Below, in pieces: positions 59,626 to 64,000 of a stretch of 64,000 nucleotides of DNA (its first letter is position 1; the number at the start of each line of letters is the position of its first letter). The position numbers and the translations under genes are program-made. The stretch is taken from IMG/VR virus record IMGVR_UViG_3300044846_003008; one strand, written 5' to 3'. The notes beneath the pieces were generated by a model. It was not told the DNA's origin. It made no database searches and saw only the letters and a program-made list of their open reading frames with translations. This stretch comes from a virus.

Positions 59626-60114
59626 TTAGTAAACTAATACACAACGGTCAGGTCTAAGTGTTGCCGTGATAGACGCGATTGCATCAGAGTTATACGCTAA
59701 TGAATCGAAGTTAACGTCAGATAACCAAGCACCTTCTAATATCCATTTTTCAACAACAACCCCTGTTGGGTCTAACATTTCCAAGTCAACATTTTTCTTG
59801 TAACCTGCAGCATAACCCATACGTCCTGTAACAGATTCCGCACATAGACGAACCCATTCCATTAATGCTTGTGAAGCTGAAGGTCCGATAGGGTCACGGA
59901 ACTTAACGTTAATTGTTCCCCAAGTAAAACGTCCCGCAACATAAGTTGACGTATTTAAAAATTGTACCTCAACCGGGTTAATAGTGATGTGTGGTCTTGA
60001 TGCCGTTTCAACGAACCATTCATTAATTCCCAAACTTGAAGGGAATCTCATTATAAACCTGTTTTGTCTTTTAGGTTCGTATGGTATCGGCATTTTCATT
60101 AATAAATCAGCCAT
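59626..60114 (-). CDS. Tail tube protein (T4 gp19-like)
   Basis: EPKRQNRF, YVAGRFTW and LDPTGVVVEKWILEGAW. Confidence 0.92.
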   Translation of the reverse strand: MADLLMKMPIPYEPKRQNRFIMRFPSSLGINEWFVETASRPHITINPVEVQFLNTSTYVAGRFTWGTINVKFRDPIGPSASQALMEWVRLCAESVTGRMGYAAGYKKNVDLEMLDPTGVVVEKWILEGAWLSDVNFDSLAYNSDAIASITATLRPDRCVLVY

Positions 60115-60270
60115 CTTATTCTTTTTTTATTATTTTAGTGTTTATTTTTATTTATAAATATCGTTTGAAAGATTTTTCTATTTACTTCTAATTATTTTTA
60201 AAATATCTTTCTAGTAATAAATATCTAGTTTAATTAATTTTTATATTAATATTAATTTATTCTTTATTTA

Positions 60271-61089
60271 TTAATATCTTTTCTTTATTCCTCCTGCAGT
60301 TGAATAGGTCTTTATGATATTATCTGGTTCATTTTCGAAATGTCCTTTAACTTTTTCCACGTTTCTTAAATCATCATCTGAAAATCCAATTTGCGGTTCG
60401 TGATTTGCTAATTTTTTCTTTAAGAATGCTTTTTTTCTGATAAAACTTGATAGGTGTTTTACGTGGTCTACAAACTCTTTTAACGCCTTAATCTTACCTT
60501 CTTCCGGATTTGTAGCTGAACCTTCACCATACGTCACCGGATAGAATTTACAAAGGTCTAAATACTCTTGGATTAATTCTTTTTTAGATAATTCACCTTC
60601 GTCAGCCAAATCTCTATATTTTTCTAAATTTCTAACTAATTGTTCAGAATCAATTCCATTATGATTTGAAACTATTAAATTGTATACTGCGTCTCTCATA
60701 ACAGAAGGTGTGTGACCTCTAGCCGTTACAATTGAAAATATTGACCCGTTATTGATTGCCTCAACAAAATCAGGCCAAGCCGGTCCATCACTCGCGGTCA
60801 TAGAATCGACTATGAAATTTTTATCACCTGTTGTTGAAAAATATCTAAAAGGTAAATCTGCGAATCCAACAATTTGATGTCCTTCATATTCGAAAGGTTC
60901 TTTACCGATATCCATTCTATATTCCGCAAAATCTTCGGTTGACATTGGAACTTCGTTACCTTCATCATCCTGTAATATAATTTTGGTTGGCATATACATA
61001 ATATTATCATCCCAATCGAATGCGTAATATTTCATATCGGGGGTTCCGGTCTCATCAAGACCTTCTCTTAAATTTTTATATTTTTTCAT
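60271..61089 (-). CDS. HAD-superfamily phosphatase-like protein
   Basis: FDWDDN (motif I DxD), IVTARG (motif II), K, and IGFSDDD (motif IV). Confidence 0.75.
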   Translation of the reverse strand: MKKYKNLREGLDETGTPDMKYYAFDWDDNIMYMPTKIILQDDEGNEVPMSTEDFAEYRMDIGKEPFEYEGHQIVGFADLPFRYFSTTGDKNFIVDSMTASDGPAWPDFVEAINNGSIFSIVTARGHTPSVMRDAVYNLIVSNHNGIDSEQLVRNLEKYRDLADEGELSKKELIQEYLDLCKFYPVTYGEGSATNPEEGKIKALKEFVDHVKHLSSFIRKKAFLKKKLANHEPQIGFSDDDLRNVEKVKGHFENEPDNIIKTYSTAGGIKKRY

Positions 61090-61107
61090 ATGTTATTTTA
61101 AAAGGCT

Positions 61108-61144
61108 AAAAAACAAGCCGATATTATAAATACCGACTTGTTTT
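61108..61144 (-). terminator. Intrinsic terminator after the sheath gene, with TATTTAT in its stem/loop
   Basis: Minus strand AAAACAAGTCGGTATTTATAATATCGGCTTGTTTTT. Confidence 0.7.
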
Positions 61145-61150
61145 GTTTTT

Positions 61151-64000
61151 TTAGATATTTTCGAAAGAAGCTCCTGTTGGAGTAATATAGAATGTGATAT
61201 CTATAAATTCTAACGCTTTAGTTGGTTTGATATAAATCTTACCTGTCATTTGATTTCTGTCTAAGTCAGCAGCATCTGAAGAAACTGTTACTCGGAAATC
61301 ATATAGACCTCTATCTCTTCTGATTGAGTCTAAGATTGGGTTAACCGCATCTAAGAAATCTTGTCTTACTTTTTGGTCGTTTTGTTCGAACAACAATCTC
61401 ACTGAAACCGCTGAAATCAATTTACGAGCTTGTAATAACAATCTTCTAACGTTGATTCTATCTAATGCCGACTCTCTAACTTGAAGAGTTTTATTACCCC
61501 AAATAACTGTTCCCACATCTGAGAAAGTCGCGATAGGGTTAATTCTACCTTTGTATAGAACGTCTCTATCTTCTTGAGTTAATTTTTTACGTGCTTTGAT
61601 AGCGTTTACGATACCTCTTGTGTAACCTGCCGCCGCGAACCAAGGGAATGCGATATTGTCTGTCAATGCCAAGTTTCTCGTCACCTCCGCAGTTGGTGGT
61701 AAATAGATTTGTGTATTGTTAACACTATCTCTTGTTAATACCCAAGGGTAGTAAGTAGCGGTGTAGTTAGAGTCGATACCTGTAGTTTCTAAATTATCAA
61801 TAGCCTCTTGTGGGTAAATTAAATCTTCAGTCACAAATGAAGGTGTGAACATTTGAGTATCAGGTGTTGTACAGATATAAACTGAATCCGCTCTATCGTT
61901 TTCAATCATATCAATAGCACTTTCAACGATATCTGAATGGTTTACATAATCAACACCCGGAGTTGCGAATACGTTGATGTTTACCGCTTCAGGATTTGCG
62001 AATGTTCTTTGTCCTAATAGGTAAGCGTAGTAGTCAGTATTACCCCAATCTTGAGTATTGTCACCAACCGTGATTTGTTTAAACGCTCCCCATCCTGTAG
62101 CCGTTGGGTATTTAACTGAAGGACAAGCCCCTTTCAAATAACCAGGTCTACCTAATACGAATCTATCTGTATTTGTTCTTGATTCTCTATAGATATCCCA
62201 TCCATCAAAACCACCTTGTACTATTAATGAGAATTTACGTGCGTAAAGTCTGTAGTATGGGTTTGATTCAACTGTTGGGTCAGAACTAAAGTTAGCATCA
62301 CCTGTAAAGAATGCGGTTGTTGCACTTGTAATTGCAGATAAAACATATTTGTTTTCTTCAGTATTCCACACTTTTTGGTAGAAAGTATTGTTAATTGTGA
62401 TACCTGACGCTCTGTTATCCATATGGAAACCTTTAGTTTTAGTATCCCACAACGCTCCCGTTGATTGAGTACAAACATCTAATGGTAATTGTTTACCTTT
62501 GTATGCCGTGAAATCAACATCATAACCAACTGTATCTGAAACACCTAAATAAGTTCTACGAACATTATCACCGTTACTTCTAATTGCGTCATCCGCACCT
62601 GAAGATAAACCAAATGGTGGGTTGTAAATTACTTCACCTGGATAATCATATTTAGTTTTATAAATAGGGAATGGTGAACGAACACCTGTATAAGTTCTTG
62701 TATCGTAACCTTCAAAACCACAAGGTAATGCGTCTATCGGAGCGTTTTCGTTAACTTCAACCATTACATATTTTGAATTCAATTGGTATTCACCGTCAGA
62801 TGTACCAATTTTTTTCGCGATGAAGTTATTTTGATTGATGTCCATAGAACAATTAGTGAATTTCTCGATAACAACCGGAGCTGAATCTGAATCATAATAA
62901 TCTCTAACTAACACATCAAAAGTACCATTTCCAAATGAAATATTTGCAATTGATATTTTAACATCCGTATTTGCCGCGTCACCATCAGCAATTGTTGTAA
63001 ATTTGAATAAACGATAAACTTCCGTTCCTCTTAATTCAGACACAACCCAAGGTGATGCTGGTGATTGGTATTTTTCTAAATAGAAACCTAATGATGTTGG
63101 GTCAGCACCTTGTCTAGCGTCAGGATATGCCTCAACTCTCGAACTTAAACCTCTAATGAAACCTTTTCTCCAAGCGTAATTTAATAATGATTGATATTTT
63201 TCTTCCACAAATAAAGGAACTGAGCTTCTATCTTTTGAGAAGTTAGTTGAACCCAATACTTTACTAATGTATTTTGAGTCAGAATTTGATAATGATGTTT
63301 CAAATGAAAACTGAGTCCCTGTTCTACCTGTTGCATTAATAACGAAAGTTGAGTATGGGTTTTTAGTTACACCTGAATAAACACCTGAAGTATTTAGACT
63401 AACTTGTGTTAAACCTGAAACTTCATAAACGGGCCCATTTTGACTTGAATAATCTGAAATACCTCTTGAACGTAAAGTTGCAACAACTAAATCATCATAT
63501 TCTAAGAATGGTTCACCTGATAATACAAAGAATGTACCGGTTAACACACCATCATAACAAGTTGTTGTCGAACCAACGTTCATTGTACCTGTATCACCTG
63601 TAGTTGTAGGGTCACAAGGGTTAAGGTTACTAACACATACTGTCCAATTTGTTGTAACAGTGTTATCGTCAGAAATTAATTTATAACTTAAACAAGTTGT
63701 GAAATCATTATCAGTTGAGTCACTTACTTGTATAACGTTATTTATTGTTACATCTGTAGTACAAGCACTGAATGTTGATATTACTTGTGTTATGTCAACG
63801 TTTGTTGGAACATAAACATAAATTGTGTTAGTATTATAGTTAATATTACCATCACAACTTCCGATACTCAATACGTTAATAGTTGCGTTTAATGCGGAAC
63901 CACCTTGAGAGATAGTTACTACATCACCAACTTGATAACCTGTACCTGCTTTGTTAATTGTTACACCTGTAACAACATTACTTCCATTTACCGCAATATT
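61151..64000 (-). CDS. Tail sheath protein (T4 gp18-like), 5'-truncated by the window edge
   Basis: PWFAAAGYTRG, INPIATF, IWGNKTL, DRINVRRL, FEQND and PTKALEFI. The frame is open to 64000, so the TTG at 63871 is not the true start. Confidence 0.95.
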   Translation of the reverse strand, partial: NIAVNGSNVVTGVTINKAGTGYQVGDVVTISQGGSALNATINVLSIGSCDGNINYNTNTIYVYVPTNVDITQVISTFSACTTDVTINNVIQVSDSTDNDFTTCLSYKLISDDNTVTTNWTVCVSNLNPCDPTTTGDTGTMNVGSTTTCYDGVLTGTFFVLSGEPFLEYDDLVVATLRSRGISDYSSQNGPVYEVSGLTQVSLNTSGVYSGVTKNPYSTFVINATGRTGTQFSFETSLSNSDSKYISKVLGSTNFSKDRSSVPLFVEEKYQSLLNYAWRKGFIRGLSSRVEAYPDARQGADPTSLGFYLEKYQSPASPWVVSELRGTEVYRLFKFTTIADGDAANTDVKISIANISFGNGTFDVLVRDYYDSDSAPVVIEKFTNCSMDINQNNFIAKKIGTSDGEYQLNSKYVMVEVNENAPIDALPCGFEGYDTRTYTGVRSPFPIYKTKYDYPGEVIYNPPFGLSSGADDAIRSNGDNVRRTYLGVSDTVGYDVDFTAYKGKQLPLDVCTQSTGALWDTKTKGFHMDNRASGITINNTFYQKVWNTEENKYVLSAITSATTAFFTGDANFSSDPTVESNPYYRLYARKFSLIVQGGFDGWDIYRESRTNTDRFVLGRPGYLKGACPSVKYPTATGWGAFKQITVGDNTQDWGNTDYYAYLLGQRTFANPEAVNINVFATPGVDYVNHSDIVESAIDMIENDRADSVYICTTPDTQMFTPSFVTEDLIYPQEAIDNLETTGIDSNYTATYYPWVLTRDSVNNTQIYLPPTAEVTRNLALTDNIAFPWFAAAGYTRGIVNAIKARKKLTQEDRDVLYKGRINPIATFSDVGTVIWGNKTLQVRESALDRINVRRLLLQARKLISAVSVRLLFEQNDQKVRQDFLDAVNPILDSIRRDRGLYDFRVTVSSDAADLDRNQMTGKIYIKPTKALEFIDITFYITPTGASFENI

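Noticed and set aside
1261-63603. Numerous 60-160 aa ORFs nested in or antisense to long genes, plus N-terminal extensions at 3475, 16478, 35352 and 59585
   Set aside because: They overlap well-supported genes, terminators or promoter elements and have no motifs.
1-64000. tRNA/rRNA genes, integrase/transposase, DGR reverse transcriptase
   Set aside because: None was recognisable. Intergenic gaps are short and AT-rich. A tRNAscan/Infernal run would be needed to exclude small RNAs formally.

Overview
This AT-rich 64-kb window comes from a large contractile-tailed (myovirus-type, probably jumbo) dsDNA phage. Almost all genes are on the minus strand. In transcription order they are: tail sheath (partial), a HAD-family phosphatase, tail tube, tail chaperone, tape measure and large baseplate hub proteins; a replication block (SSB, RecA/UvsX, 5'-3' exonuclease, DnaB-type helicase, NrdB, NrdA); baseplate wedge genes and Cys-rich SprB-repeat/PKD fibre-like genes with an embedded glycosyltransferase; a RuvC-like resolvase; an inverted plus-strand cassette of Thr/Pro-rich proteins; then primase and a PD-(D/E)XK nuclease. 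There are three main observations. (1) Two fibre-like genes are each interrupted in frame at the same F-x-P^G-N-x-(F/Y) motif by an 84-90 nt cassette made of a short C-terminal tail, TAA, a conserved spacer and a conserved MYLFDLxDY leader. Removing cassette A exactly restores the spacing seen in an intact paralogous domain in this window, which suggests an undescribed split-and-rejoin system. (2) A GT95/GT96-like peptide O-glycosyltransferase lies near a ~760-aa mucin-like (TPTN)n stalk, and an [ST][GA]x[ST] motif recurs in the structural proteins, suggesting phage-encoded virion glycosylation. (3) A likely +1 (or -2) programmed frameshift at UUU_UUU_CGU occurs in the tail chaperone. All family assignments come from motif recognition by eye, not from database searches.
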